The notes under the pieces are model-generated. The model made no database searches. It saw only the letters and a program-made list of their open reading frames with translations, and had not been told where the DNA came from. The position numbers and the translations under genes were made by a program. Below, piece after piece: positions 28,711 through 38,958 of a stretch of 64,000 nt of DNA. Source of the stretch: Candidatus Kerfeldbacteria bacterium (GTDB taxonomy: Bacteria; Patescibacteriota; Patescibacteriia; UBA10025; JAHIVO01). The stretch is taken from NCBI GenBank assembly GCA_047946875.1, contig CP181398.1, positions 905,041 through 969,040 of the forward strand, given 5' to 3'. How positions within the stretch are numbered: position 1 is the stretch's first letter; the number at the start of each line of letters is the position of its first letter.

Positions 28711-29430
28711 ATGAAAGAGGATATTGCTAAATCAATAATGGAAAAAAATAGACTAGGCTACGATCAAACAGCTGATCATTTTTCTAGTACCAGGAAATTC
28801 CCATGGCATGATTTTGAATTTTTTAATGAATATGTAAAAAATGGAGACAATGTTCTTGATGCCGGTTGTGGCAATGGAAGATTATTTGAATTCTTTAAAG
28901 AAAAGGGAATAAATTATTCCGGCCTAGACAGTAGTAATAGCCTTATACAAATTGCTTCAAAAAGCTATCCTACTGCCAATTTCCAAACTGGCGATATAAC
29001 CACTCTACCCTTTTCAGATAATAAATTCAATACTATATTCTGCATAGCCACTTTACATCACATTCCTAGTAAAAAACTTAGATTACAAACTATTAACGAA
29101 TTTTATCGCGTCTTAAAACCTGGTGGATATTTAATTATGACAAACTGGAACTTACTAAATACTAAATGGTGGCCAACAATAGCAAAATTTTCATTGGATA
29201 AAATCATCGGTAACAATAACCTTGACTGGAAAGACGTATCAAAACCATGGAAAAATAGCCAGGGCCAAGTACAAGCCGAAAGATTTTTACATGCTTTTAC
29301 AAAAAATGAAATTTCAGGACTGCTGAAAAAAAACAACCTAAAAACTATTAAACAATTCTATACAAAAAAAGATATTACTAGCAACATGCTTAGTGGTTTT
29401 AATTTAATAACCATTGCTAAAAAGTCTTGA
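28711..29430 (+). CDS. Class I SAM methyltransferase, Trm9/ALKBH8-like
   Basis: YDQTADHFSSTRKFPW, LDAGCGNGR, CIATLHHI, RVLKPGG, RFLHAF. Confidence 0.8.
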   Translation: MKEDIAKSIMEKNRLGYDQTADHFSSTRKFPWHDFEFFNEYVKNGDNVLDAGCGNGRLFEFFKEKGINYSGLDSSNSLIQIASKSYPTANFQTGDITTLPFSDNKFNTIFCIATLHHIPSKKLRLQTINEFYRVLKPGGYLIMTNWNLLNTKWWPTIAKFSLDKIIGNNNLDWKDVSKPWKNSQGQVQAERFLHAFTKNEISGLLKKNNLKTIKQFYTKKDITSNMLSGFNLITIAKKS

Positions 29431-29487
29431 AAATAGCTTAGTTAAGTGGTATATTAGTATTACTTAAATAATTATTATCCAACCAAT

Positions 29488-30711
29488 ATGAATCATAAAA
29501 AACTAATATTTTGGTCATTTTTTTTAATCTTGACCATTTTTTTAATTCCTCAAATCTCTATCGCACAAAGCACTATTGATAATACATATAATAATTACTT
29601 AAAACCAATATTTGAAAATTTTGGTGGAGAAACAATTATAGTATCGGAAGATACAATCATAGAAGATAATTTCTTTAGGTATGGAGAAAATATCACTATT
29701 AATGGTGACATCCAAGGAGATATAATTGTAATCGCTGGCCAAAAATTAATAATTAACGGTGAAGTTTCTGGTGATGTACTTGCTATTGCCGAAACAATTG
29801 AAATTAATGGCCCTGTTATCGGCAATGTTAGAGTAATAGGTGCGGAAGTAAATATCTCCAACTCTATCGGTAAAAATATTAATATAATATCAAACGATAC
29901 TACAATTACTAACAAAGCAACGATTGGTTGGACACTATCATTTATATCTGCAAATATTAATATTAATGCTCCGGTCAATGGCAGTATTTATGGTTACGGA
30001 GGAGAAATAAATATTAATAACACAGTGGGTAATAATGTTACTTTAATATTAGACGATTTAGGCCAAGTCAATATCGATGAAAAGACGGTTATAAATGGAA
30101 GGTTTGAATATCGCGGGGACAGAATTGCCGTCATTAACGACAAAGCTACTATTCAAGGAAATACTATTCACAAACTAGTCCCAGAAAAAATTACCCAAGC
30201 AAAGAAATTCCTATCTTCTTATTGGATATACGCAAAACTAATAAGCTTCTTTAGTATGCTACTTGTCGGTACATTACTCGTAAGTCTATTTGAAAAAACA
30301 AGTAAAAGAATTGTCTCAGAATTAGCTGTCTACCCTTTTAACAAAATACTGTTGGGCTTAATCATGATAGTGGGCATACCTTTCGCAGCTATTCTTATTT
30401 CTATCACAGTTATTGGTATTCCACTTGCCATAATATCAATGGCAATATACATATTCCTATATTTTATCAGTCCAATATTTATCGGGTTATTTATTGGAAA
30501 TAAAATATTAAACCTAAAAAAATCAAATGAAGATGCGCCTCTTATATGGGCCATGCTCTTAGGTACATTTATTTTTGTTCTACTAAAAAACATTCCATAT
30601 ATTGGCTGGTTAGTAGGTTTTCTAGGAACAATTTGGTTCTTTGGTACAGTCGCTAAAATTATTCAAATTAATAAAAAAAGTTTGAAAGGAAAAAACAATG
30701 AAAAAAATTAA
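29488..30711 (+). CDS. Membrane protein with N-terminal beta-helix (polymer-forming cytoskeletal-like) repeats
   Basis: Repeats of I(N/T)G.(V/I).G(D/N); C-terminal TM bundle ITVIGIPL, IPYIGW. Confidence 0.8.
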   Translation: MNHKKLIFWSFFLILTIFLIPQISIAQSTIDNTYNNYLKPIFENFGGETIIVSEDTIIEDNFFRYGENITINGDIQGDIIVIAGQKLIINGEVSGDVLAIAETIEINGPVIGNVRVIGAEVNISNSIGKNINIISNDTTITNKATIGWTLSFISANININAPVNGSIYGYGGEININNTVGNNVTLILDDLGQVNIDEKTVINGRFEYRGDRIAVINDKATIQGNTIHKLVPEKITQAKKFLSSYWIYAKLISFFSMLLVGTLLVSLFEKTSKRIVSELAVYPFNKILLGLIMIVGIPFAAILISITVIGIPLAIISMAIYIFLYFISPIFIGLFIGNKILNLKKSNEDAPLIWAMLLGTFIFVLLKNIPYIGWLVGFLGTIWFFGTVAKIIQINKKSLKGKNNEKN

Positions 30712-32044
30712 TCAAAAAGTATTCAAATCTTATGATATTAGAGGAGTTTACCCAGATGATTTAAATGAAGATACAGCTTATATCGCTGGACAAGGGTATG
30801 CCCAATTAACTGGTGTTAAAAAAATAGTAGTCGGACGAGACATGAGATTGGGTTCTCCTGAATTATCAAAAAAATTTATTGAAGGTGTAAACAGTCAAGG
30901 TGTTGATGTAGACGATATTGGCATGGTGCCGATTGATCAAGTATATTTTACTGCTGGATATTTCAAATATGATGGTGGTGTAATGATAACCGCATCACAT
31001 AATCCAAAAGAATATAACGGTCTAAAAATGACAACTATTGATAATGGTATTTCTATGGTGCGTGGAAAAGAACTTTATGAATTTATTGATGGTAAAGAAT
31101 TTACTATTTCTGATAAAACAGGGACTACTAAAGAAATCGATACGACAGAAGGTTACTTAGAACATATTTTTTCATTTGTCGATATAAACAAAATCAAACC
31201 GTTTAAAATCGTTGTAGATGCAGGTAATGGTATGGCCGGCAAAATTATGCCTCTAGTATTTGAAAAACTACCATGTGAATTAATACCAATTAATTTTGAA
31301 CTTGATGGTAATTTCCCTGCTCATCCTTCAAATCCACTATTAGAAGAATCTCAAGTTGGCATAAAAGCAAAAATCAAAGAAACTGGAGCTGATTTTGGAG
31401 TAATCCTTGATGGTGATACAGATCGATTATTTTTTGTTGATGAAAATAGTGAGTTTGTTCCAGCGGACACCACTCTTTTAATATTGGCAAAACACTTCTT
31501 AGAGAAAGAGCCTGGCTCAGGTATCGCCTATAACGCTGTTTGCAGTAAAGCTGTCCCTACCAAAGTTAAAGAGTGGGGTGGAGTTCCTATTAGAACAAAA
31601 GTTGGATTTGTTAATGTAGCGCAAGGAATGAAAGATAATAAAGGTATTATGGGAGGAGAGGTTTCTGCTCACTATAGCTTTAGAGATAATTTCTACGCTG
31701 ACTCTGGCTTTATCGCCTTTTTAACTTTGCTAATGTTAATTACTGAAGAAGATAAAAAATTATCTGAAATTGTAGAACCACTTAAACCATTTAGTAAGGC
31801 TGATGAAGTAAATATCGAAGTTAATGACGTTGACGAAGTAATCAAGAAAGTTAAAGCAGAATTTAGTGATGGCAAACAAGATGAATTAGATGGTATTACT
31901 ATTGAATATGAAGATTGGTGGGTAAATGTAAGACCTTCTAATACAGAGCCTTTGTTAAGAATAACTGTTGAAGGTGATACACAAAAAATTCTTAAAACTA
32001 ATCAGGCTAAAATTGTTGACTATATTAAAAGTATTGCTAAATGA
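30698..32044 (+). CDS. manB: Phosphomannomutase/phosphoglucomutase
   Basis: FKSYDIRG, TASHNP, DGDTDR, GEVSAH, RPSNTEP. Confidence 0.93.
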   Translation: MKKINQKVFKSYDIRGVYPDDLNEDTAYIAGQGYAQLTGVKKIVVGRDMRLGSPELSKKFIEGVNSQGVDVDDIGMVPIDQVYFTAGYFKYDGGVMITASHNPKEYNGLKMTTIDNGISMVRGKELYEFIDGKEFTISDKTGTTKEIDTTEGYLEHIFSFVDINKIKPFKIVVDAGNGMAGKIMPLVFEKLPCELIPINFELDGNFPAHPSNPLLEESQVGIKAKIKETGADFGVILDGDTDRLFFVDENSEFVPADTTLLILAKHFLEKEPGSGIAYNAVCSKAVPTKVKEWGGVPIRTKVGFVNVAQGMKDNKGIMGGEVSAHYSFRDNFYADSGFIAFLTLLMLITEEDKKLSEIVEPLKPFSKADEVNIEVNDVDEVIKKVKAEFSDGKQDELDGITIEYEDWWVNVRPSNTEPLLRITVEGDTQKILKTNQAKIVDYIKSIAK

Positions 32045-32709
32045 TAAAAGCTGTAATCTTTGATATGGACGGAGTAATTATTGACTCCGAACCACTCTGG
32101 ATTAAATCTACGAATATATATTTCAAAAAAGTCGGAATAGAATTTCCTGATAAGAATTCTATGCTTACTTTTATTGATATTAATTTCAGAGGTCGCCGTC
32201 AAAAAGAAGTAATAAATATACTTAAGAAAAAGTTTAAATTAAAAGGTTCATACAACCAAATCATGAAAGTAAGGACAAAACTTTTATTAGAAGTCTTTGA
32301 CAAAGAATTAAAGCTGGTACCAGGCATATTAACCTTAATAAAAAAATTTAAAAAAAATAATATTCCCATGGTAGTGGCTTCATCATCTCCATCAGATGTA
32401 ATCGATTATGCTATGTCAAAGTTTAAGTTAAATAAATTCTTTAAAGAAATTATTTCTGGTGATAATGTCAAAGAAAGTAAACCAGAACCTGATATATTTA
32501 TAAAAGCGGCAAAATCTTTTGAAAATGTTAAAACTTTTGAAATCCTTGTTATAGAAGATTCTTACAGTGGAGTATTAGCAGCAAAAAAAGCGAAAATGAA
32601 ATGCTTAGGAATAAGACGACATAATGCATTAAATAAATATTATAAGACAGCTGATAAAAAAGTTACAACGTTTGTAAAGATAAATTATAATTCTATAGTA
32701 AATTTATGA
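32041..32709 (+). CDS. HAD-superfamily phosphatase
   Basis: FDMDGVIIDSE, KPEPDIF, IEDSYSG. Confidence 0.92.
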   Translation: MIKAVIFDMDGVIIDSEPLWIKSTNIYFKKVGIEFPDKNSMLTFIDINFRGRRQKEVINILKKKFKLKGSYNQIMKVRTKLLLEVFDKELKLVPGILTLIKKFKKNNIPMVVASSSPSDVIDYAMSKFKLNKFFKEIISGDNVKESKPEPDIFIKAAKSFENVKTFEILVIEDSYSGVLAAKKAKMKCLGIRRHNALNKYYKTADKKVTTFVKINYNSIVNL

Positions 32710-33494
32710 TAGGAATATTTGACTCAGGAGTAGGAGGATTGACTGTCGTCAAAGAAATTTTTAAACTGCTCCCCGAGTACCAAATAACCTATTTTGGAGA
32801 TACTGCACGTACACCATATGGGATAAAAAGCAAAGAAACGGTAATTAAGTATGCTATAGAGGATGCTAATTTTCTAATAAAAAAAGGTGTAAAAATTATT
32901 ATTATTGCCTGTAACACTGCTTCTGCCGTAGCCTCAGATGAATTAAAAAACAAATTTCCAAATATCCCAATTTTTGAAGTAATAACACCAGCAGTAAAAA
33001 AAGCATTGGAAATATCAAATAACAAAAAAATCGGTATTATTGGAACAAGGGCTACGATTAATAGTAATATTTATAAAACTTTAATTCATAAATCAGACAA
33101 GAGCTACACTATTATCAGTCAAGCGTGCCCACTCTTTGTGCCACTAGCAGAAGAAGGATGGATAAACAAACCTGTAACAAAATCTATAGTAAATACATAT
33201 TTATCTCCACTTAAACAAAAACAAATTGATACATTAATATTAGGGTGTACTCATTACCCACTACTTAAGACAATTATCAAAGAAAAGGCTGGAAAACAAA
33301 TTTCACTTGTTGATCCTGCGGAACAAACCTCACTAGAAATTAAAAAATTCCTCAAAAAAAATCCTGAAATTGAAAAATCTCTATCAAAGAGTAATGAGCA
33401 TTCTTTCTTTTTCAGTGATATAACGCCTCATCTCTCTGACATGTCCAGTAAATGGCTGGGGCAACAAATTATTCTAAAAAAATTCAGCATATAA
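32706..33494 (+). CDS. murI: Glutamate racemase
   Basis: FDSGVGGLTV, ACNTAS, LGCTHYP. Confidence 0.97.
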   Translation: MIGIFDSGVGGLTVVKEIFKLLPEYQITYFGDTARTPYGIKSKETVIKYAIEDANFLIKKGVKIIIIACNTASAVASDELKNKFPNIPIFEVITPAVKKALEISNNKKIGIIGTRATINSNIYKTLIHKSDKSYTIISQACPLFVPLAEEGWINKPVTKSIVNTYLSPLKQKQIDTLILGCTHYPLLKTIIKEKAGKQISLVDPAEQTSLEIKKFLKKNPEIEKSLSKSNEHSFFFSDITPHLSDMSSKWLGQQIILKKFSI

Positions 33495-33530
33495 AAAACG
33501 CCAGATTTAAAAAATCTAACGTTTAAATAA

Positions 33531-34628
33531 TTAAATTGAAAGGGAACTAATTTCCTGTCGTATCACACCGACAAGATTTTTTACACATGCTTCCCTAGCA
33601 ACTCGTATGGCATGCATGATAGCAAGCGGAGTTGATTTCCCATGAGCTTTCACTACGACCCCATTTACACCAAGAAATGGTACTCCACCATATTGCTGGT
33701 AATCAAACTCTTTTCTTATTGCTCCAACCAAGGACTTCAGCAAAATACTAACCGTTCCTGCAACCACTTTATGAAAAAAACTACTTTCAGAAAGTTTTCT
33801 TTGAATTGCACCTTTCAAAGTTGGTATTAAGCTTTCAGCCTGCTTCAACAGTACGTTACCCAGAAGCCCATCAAATATGATAACATCCGCTTTGCCGGAA
33901 AAAATATCTCCTCCTTGAACATTTCCGATAAAATTAATTATCCCTCTATTTGATAATTCTCTCAACTGTCTATGAACCTCAATATACAATGGCGGGCCTT
34001 TTGAATCTTCTTCACCGATATTCATAAGAGCAACACGAGGAACCCTTACTCCCAAAACCATCTGAGAATATATTTTTCCCATTATTCCAAACTGAATCAG
34101 GTGCTTAACAGTATTTTCTGCATTAGCACCGACATCCAGCCCAACACATGGGCCATTTGCGGTTGGAAAAACCACAGATAAAGCAGGGCGTGAAATTCCC
34201 GATATACGTGCAATGCGTCTATACGCAGCAGCTAATAATGCACCGGTATTGCCGGCACTCACAAATGCATGGAAATCTCCTTTTTTTACTCCTTGACTTC
34301 CGATGAATATTGATGACTCTCTTCTAGTAAGCACATCCGCCGATTTTTTGAAATCCATCGGGATAACATCAGATGCATCAATTATCTTGATTCGATTAGA
34401 ATGTTTTGTTACGAGTTTTTTTCGTACAACCGTATCAAGTCTTCCAAGTTCATCAGAAATTATTGAAGGCACCCCAACAAGCTGGACTTCAATGTCAGAA
34501 AACATATCCAACGCCATTAATGCCCCAAGAACTGGAGACTCCGGATAATTATCACCACCCATAGCATCAATCGCTATAACGATCTTAGAACTCAATTTTT
34601 TCCTCCTTGATTTATTATTAATGTTCAA
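33531..34628 (-). CDS. plsX: Phosphate acyltransferase PlsX
   Basis: IAIDAMGGD, VSAGNTGA, LDVGANAE, NIGEEDSKG, GGVPFLGVNGVVVKAHG. Confidence 0.92.
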   Translation of the reverse strand: MNINNKSRRKKLSSKIVIAIDAMGGDNYPESPVLGALMALDMFSDIEVQLVGVPSIISDELGRLDTVVRKKLVTKHSNRIKIIDASDVIPMDFKKSADVLTRRESSIFIGSQGVKKGDFHAFVSAGNTGALLAAAYRRIARISGISRPALSVVFPTANGPCVGLDVGANAENTVKHLIQFGIMGKIYSQMVLGVRVPRVALMNIGEEDSKGPPLYIEVHRQLRELSNRGIINFIGNVQGGDIFSGKADVIIFDGLLGNVLLKQAESLIPTLKGAIQRKLSESSFFHKVVAGTVSILLKSLVGAIRKEFDYQQYGGVPFLGVNGVVVKAHGKSTPLAIMHAIRVAREACVKNLVGVIRQEISSLSI

Positions 34629-34725
34629 TTTTATATTATTTTTGTGTGCCTATCTTATCATATTCACTGAAATTTACAAATAAAAAACCCCGCTTTTATT
34701 GTGAGGTATTTTATGTTATTATTTG

Positions 34726-35781
34726 TTATTTCTTATCTTCTACATCCTTATTTACTTCTTTATTATCATCTTCCCCTTTATCAACAACTTCGATAATTTT
34801 ACCTCTAATCTCTTCCATCAACTTATTATTTTCTCTTAAGAAAAATCTTGCATTTTCTCTACCTACACCCAGCTTAATATCTCCATAAGAAAAAGTATTT
34901 CCGCTCTTCTTGATCACTTTATATAATATTCCTGTATCTATCATATCGCCAGCTACAGAAATACCTTCGTTATACATAATATCAAATTCAGTAATTTTGA
35001 ATGGAGCAGCCACTTTATTTTTTACCACTTTACACTTAACCCGATTACCGATGATAACATCTCCTTTTTTAATCTGAGCGGCTCTTCGTACTTCAATTCG
35101 AACTGATGAATAAAACTTCAATGCCATACCACCAGTTGTAGTTTCTGGATTACCAAAAAATACTCCAATTTTTATTCTAATCTGATTAATAAAAACTACA
35201 GTAGTTTTAGACTTACTGACTATCCCTGCCAATTTTCTCAATGCCTGACTCATCAACCTTGCTTGTAATCCCATATGAGAATCCCCCATATCACCCTCTA
35301 TTTCAGCTTTTGGCACCAAAGCTGCAACAGAATCAATAACAACCACATCTACAGAGCTTGACCTTACTAATGTTTCCAATATTTCTAAAGCCTGTTCACC
35401 TGTATCAGGTTGAGAAATTAATAGTTCATCAACATTTACTCCAATTTTTTTTGCATATGCTGGGTCTAATGCATGCTCTGCATCAATAAATGCTGCTGTG
35501 CCACCTTGTTTTTGTACACTAGCTATAATGTGTTGAGCTAAGGTTGTTTTACCTGATGCCTCTGGGCCATAAATTTCTACTATCCTACCTCGCGGTACTC
35601 CACCTACACCCAATGCGAGATCAAGAGATAAACATCCAGTTGGAATAGATTCTATATCAGATTTTTTTATATCTCCAAATTTCATAATAGATCCTTCACC
35701 GAACCGTTCTTTTATCTGATCTATAGCTGTTTGAGTGGCTTTGTCTTTTGCACCTTGATCTTTTTGATTATCTTTAGTCAT
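34726..35781 (-). CDS. recA: Recombinase A
   Basis: [36 protein letters not shown]. Confidence 0.99.
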   Translation of the reverse strand: MTKDNQKDQGAKDKATQTAIDQIKERFGEGSIMKFGDIKKSDIESIPTGCLSLDLALGVGGVPRGRIVEIYGPEASGKTTLAQHIIASVQKQGGTAAFIDAEHALDPAYAKKIGVNVDELLISQPDTGEQALEILETLVRSSSVDVVVIDSVAALVPKAEIEGDMGDSHMGLQARLMSQALRKLAGIVSKSKTTVVFINQIRIKIGVFFGNPETTTGGMALKFYSSVRIEVRRAAQIKKGDVIIGNRVKCKVVKNKVAAPFKITEFDIMYNEGISVAGDMIDTGILYKVIKKSGNTFSYGDIKLGVGRENARFFLRENNKLMEEIRGKIIEVVDKGEDDNKEVNKDVEDKK

Positions 35782-35802
35782 ATTATCTTTTTAGTTATTA
35801 AT

Positions 35803-35834
35803 TTCAGGCAGAGCCTGATCCGGCTTTGCCGGAA
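35803..35834. repeat. Short palindromic element (double hairpin)
   Basis: TTCAGGCAGAGCCTGATCCGGCTTTGCCGGAA; related copies at 53972-54037. Confidence 0.8.
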
Positions 35835-36515
35835 TTATTTAGTTTGTGAAATTTCATATAATATATGCTTCGTGATTGAAGTTGCTTTACTTTTTTCTTT
35901 GATTGATGAAATTACAATATCATTAATACCTTCTTTTAATGAAATAGTTTCTGAAAAATTACCATCTTCATTAATCAATATTTCTTTACCATTAATTGTT
36001 AATATTGCTGAACTGTCAGTAGCACCTGTTACTTGAAGAATATTATCATTGACTGTTAGAAAATCTGCTGGACTACTAATGATTAATTTGGGAGGAGAAA
36101 AAATCTTGGATACTTCAAACCCTACATACGTCAGTGCTAATAATATTACTACACCTATCATAATTCTCCTAATCAATAAAGGTGTAATAAACTCTTTTGG
36201 TAACTCCTTGGGCTTAGGTGAAAATGTTTGTTTATTTCCTTCCTTATATACTCTCTTCTCATGTTGATTATAAATAGAAAGTACAAAATCACTACTTACT
36301 CCAAGATATTCAGCATATTTTTTTAAAAAACTTTCTATATATACAGGACCAGGTAACGAAGAATAATTACCTTCCTCCAAAGCAATTAAATATTTTTTTT
36401 GTATCTGCACTTCTTGAGCAGCTTGATCAACACTTACATTTAATTCTTCTCTAGTAATCCTTAGACGTTCTCCAAGTGTTTTTGATTTATCTAATTTTTT
36501 CTTTTTAAAATCCAT
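35835..36515 (-). CDS. RodZ-like HTH membrane protein
   Basis: LGERLR..REE, YLIALEEG.Y..LPG.VY..SFLKKYAEYLG, TM, Ig-like tail; ftsK-rodZ-recA synteny. Confidence 0.85.
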   Translation of the reverse strand: MDFKKKKLDKSKTLGERLRITREELNVSVDQAAQEVQIQKKYLIALEEGNYSSLPGPVYIESFLKKYAEYLGVSSDFVLSIYNQHEKRVYKEGNKQTFSPKPKELPKEFITPLLIRRIMIGVVILLALTYVGFEVSKIFSPPKLIISSPADFLTVNDNILQVTGATDSSAILTINGKEILINEDGNFSETISLKEGINDIVISSIKEKSKATSITKHILYEISQTK

Positions 36516-38827
36516 TATTCAATTTTCTTACTTTCTTCTTCAATTTCATCCTCTTCATCTTCATCATCACTATCGTCAGCATCCTCATCATCTACCGGTA
36601 AACCGTTATGTTCTTCTTCATTATATTCTTCTTCACCAACAATTAAAATTTCTCTTGGCTTTGCACCTTCACCTGGTCCAATCACACCCTGGTCTTCTAG
36701 AATATCTAATAACCTTGCTGCCCTAGCATAACCAACTCTCAATCTACGTTGTAACAATGAGGCTGAAGCTTTACCAGCTTTTAAAACAACATCTTTTGCT
36801 TGTTCAACTAATTCATCATCTCCTAAATCTTCAAAATTTCCAGATAAAGTTTTATCAACTACTCTCTCAGTGATATTTTCAATATACTCTGGCTGTCCTT
36901 TACTCTTCCAATAACTCAGAACTCTTTCAATTTCTTGATCATTAACCAATGCGCCTTGCAATCTTTTTGGCTTTGATAATGAAGGTGAAATATATAACAT
37001 ATCACCTTTTCCTAACAATTTTTCTGCTCCGGACGTATCTAGGATAGTCCTAGAATCAACAAGAGAGGCTACAGAGAAGGCTATTCTGGTTGTAATGTTA
37101 GCCTTAATCAATCCTGTAATAATATCCACAGAAGGCCTCTGAGTGGCTAATATTAGGTGAATACCGACTGCTCTAGCCATTTGCGCAAGACGGATAATAG
37201 CCGCCTCTACTTCTTTAGATGCAGTAGACATTAAATCGGCCAACTCATCTATTGCCAAAACCAAAAATGGCATCATTTCATCACTATTATTATTGAAACC
37301 TTGAATATTTCTATGTCCAGTTTTAGATAAAAGTTCATAACGTCTGTCCATCTCAGCTACTACCCATCGTAATGCATTGATTGTCTTGTCAGTCTGATTA
37401 ATTACTGGCGTTATTAAATGTGGAATGTCATTATATGCTGTCATCTCTACTCTCTTCGGATCAATCAAGATTAACTTAAGTTGCTCAGGAGAATTTTGGT
37501 ATAATAAACTAATTAAAATATCATTTAAACAAACTGACTTACCTGATCCAGTGGCACCAGCCACTAATAAATGAGGCATAGAATCTAAGTCCGCCAACCA
37601 ACTATTACCTGCAACATCTTTACCTAAAGCGATTGTTAAATTAGACTTTCGTTTTTTGAATTCACGACTCATCAAAAGTTCTTTCAATTTTACGACAGCA
37701 ATAGATTTGTTCGGAACCTCAATCCCAACAAGAGATTTGCCAGGTATAGGTGCTTCAATTCTAATTGGGTGAGCTGCCAAAGCAAGAGATAAATCATTAT
37801 TTAATGTAACTATCTGAGATAGCTTTACTCCATCCAATGGTTTTAACGTAAATTGTGTAACCGTGGGACCAATTTGAATTTCTCCCATCTCTACATCAAT
37901 ACCAAAACTTTTAAGTGTGTTAAAAATGATATCTTTATTTGCTTCTATATCACCACTTGTTGGTTTATCAGAACTTGAATCCAATAAATCAATTGGGATA
38001 TCAACTTTATTAATACTATTTTTAGATTTTTTAAAAATATTCAATTGATCAGTTTCTTTTTCCGGTTTGCTAACAATTAAAGGAGCCTCTTCTGATGAAC
38101 TAGTAGATTTCTCACCTAATTCTTTTACGTTGAACTCAGCTTCTGAGACTTGCTCTTGATCATCTTCCTCATCAACATCTTCATCCTCAGCATCATTCTT
38201 AGTAGTCTCCATATTATTTTGTATCTTATAATAAAAAGATCTAAACTTCTCTGTTACTCCTCTAAATATATTTCCACTCTCAAGAACACGACGTAATGTG
38301 ATATCAAATGAGATGAGAATAGATATTACAAATAAAAATACTAATATTATTCCTGCTACCCAAATTCCAACAGCTTTAATAAAAATATAAGATAATAATA
38401 ATCCAGCTGCTCCACCACCATTACCTTCACTTATTGCACTTGTAGCTTGATCTATCGGCACACCGGCCAAATGTATAAAACCAGAATAACTTAAAATCAT
38501 CAAACCAAATCCTAAATAGTTTGTTAACTTCAACTTATATTTACGTGGGTTCAATATTACAAATGCTATCAGTCCTAACATAACTGGAAAAATATATTTA
38601 CCCCAACCAAATAAATAAGACAGAGATGTATTAATCATTTTTCCTAAAGACCCAGCCCAACCAAATAAACTAAATATCGATATTACTATTAACAAAAATA
38701 CTGTAATAACAAAAATGCTGTTTTTTGTTTCCGGTTTCAAATAATTATCCTCTCCAATTTCAAGATCGTCGTTGCCTATATCTTTTTTAGCTTCTTTTTT
38801 ATATTTGTCTAACTTCTTCTTCTTCAT
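36515..38827 (-). CDS. ftsK: DNA translocase FtsK
   Basis: 4TM N-terminus, PHLLVAGATGSGKS, ATQRPS, gamma domain LQRRLRVGYARAAR. Confidence 0.97.
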   Translation of the reverse strand: MKKKKLDKYKKEAKKDIGNDDLEIGEDNYLKPETKNSIFVITVFLLIVISIFSLFGWAGSLGKMINTSLSYLFGWGKYIFPVMLGLIAFVILNPRKYKLKLTNYLGFGLMILSYSGFIHLAGVPIDQATSAISEGNGGGAAGLLLSYIFIKAVGIWVAGIILVFLFVISILISFDITLRRVLESGNIFRGVTEKFRSFYYKIQNNMETTKNDAEDEDVDEEDDQEQVSEAEFNVKELGEKSTSSSEEAPLIVSKPEKETDQLNIFKKSKNSINKVDIPIDLLDSSSDKPTSGDIEANKDIIFNTLKSFGIDVEMGEIQIGPTVTQFTLKPLDGVKLSQIVTLNNDLSLALAAHPIRIEAPIPGKSLVGIEVPNKSIAVVKLKELLMSREFKKRKSNLTIALGKDVAGNSWLADLDSMPHLLVAGATGSGKSVCLNDILISLLYQNSPEQLKLILIDPKRVEMTAYNDIPHLITPVINQTDKTINALRWVVAEMDRRYELLSKTGHRNIQGFNNNSDEMMPFLVLAIDELADLMSTASKEVEAAIIRLAQMARAVGIHLILATQRPSVDIITGLIKANITTRIAFSVASLVDSRTILDTSGAEKLLGKGDMLYISPSLSKPKRLQGALVNDQEIERVLSYWKSKGQPEYIENITERVVDKTLSGNFEDLGDDELVEQAKDVVLKAGKASASLLQRRLRVGYARAARLLDILEDQGVIGPGEGAKPREILIVGEEEYNEEEHNGLPVDDEDADDSDDEDEEDEIEEESKKIE

Positions 38828-38958
38828 GACTAATTATTAGTTAATACTATTTAGAGTAAATTTAATTGAATTTTACCATTTAATAACTGATAAATCAACG
38901 TAAAAAGTACCCATATAATGAAGGGGAGGTCTTAATCTAGCAAATTAAAAACTAATGA

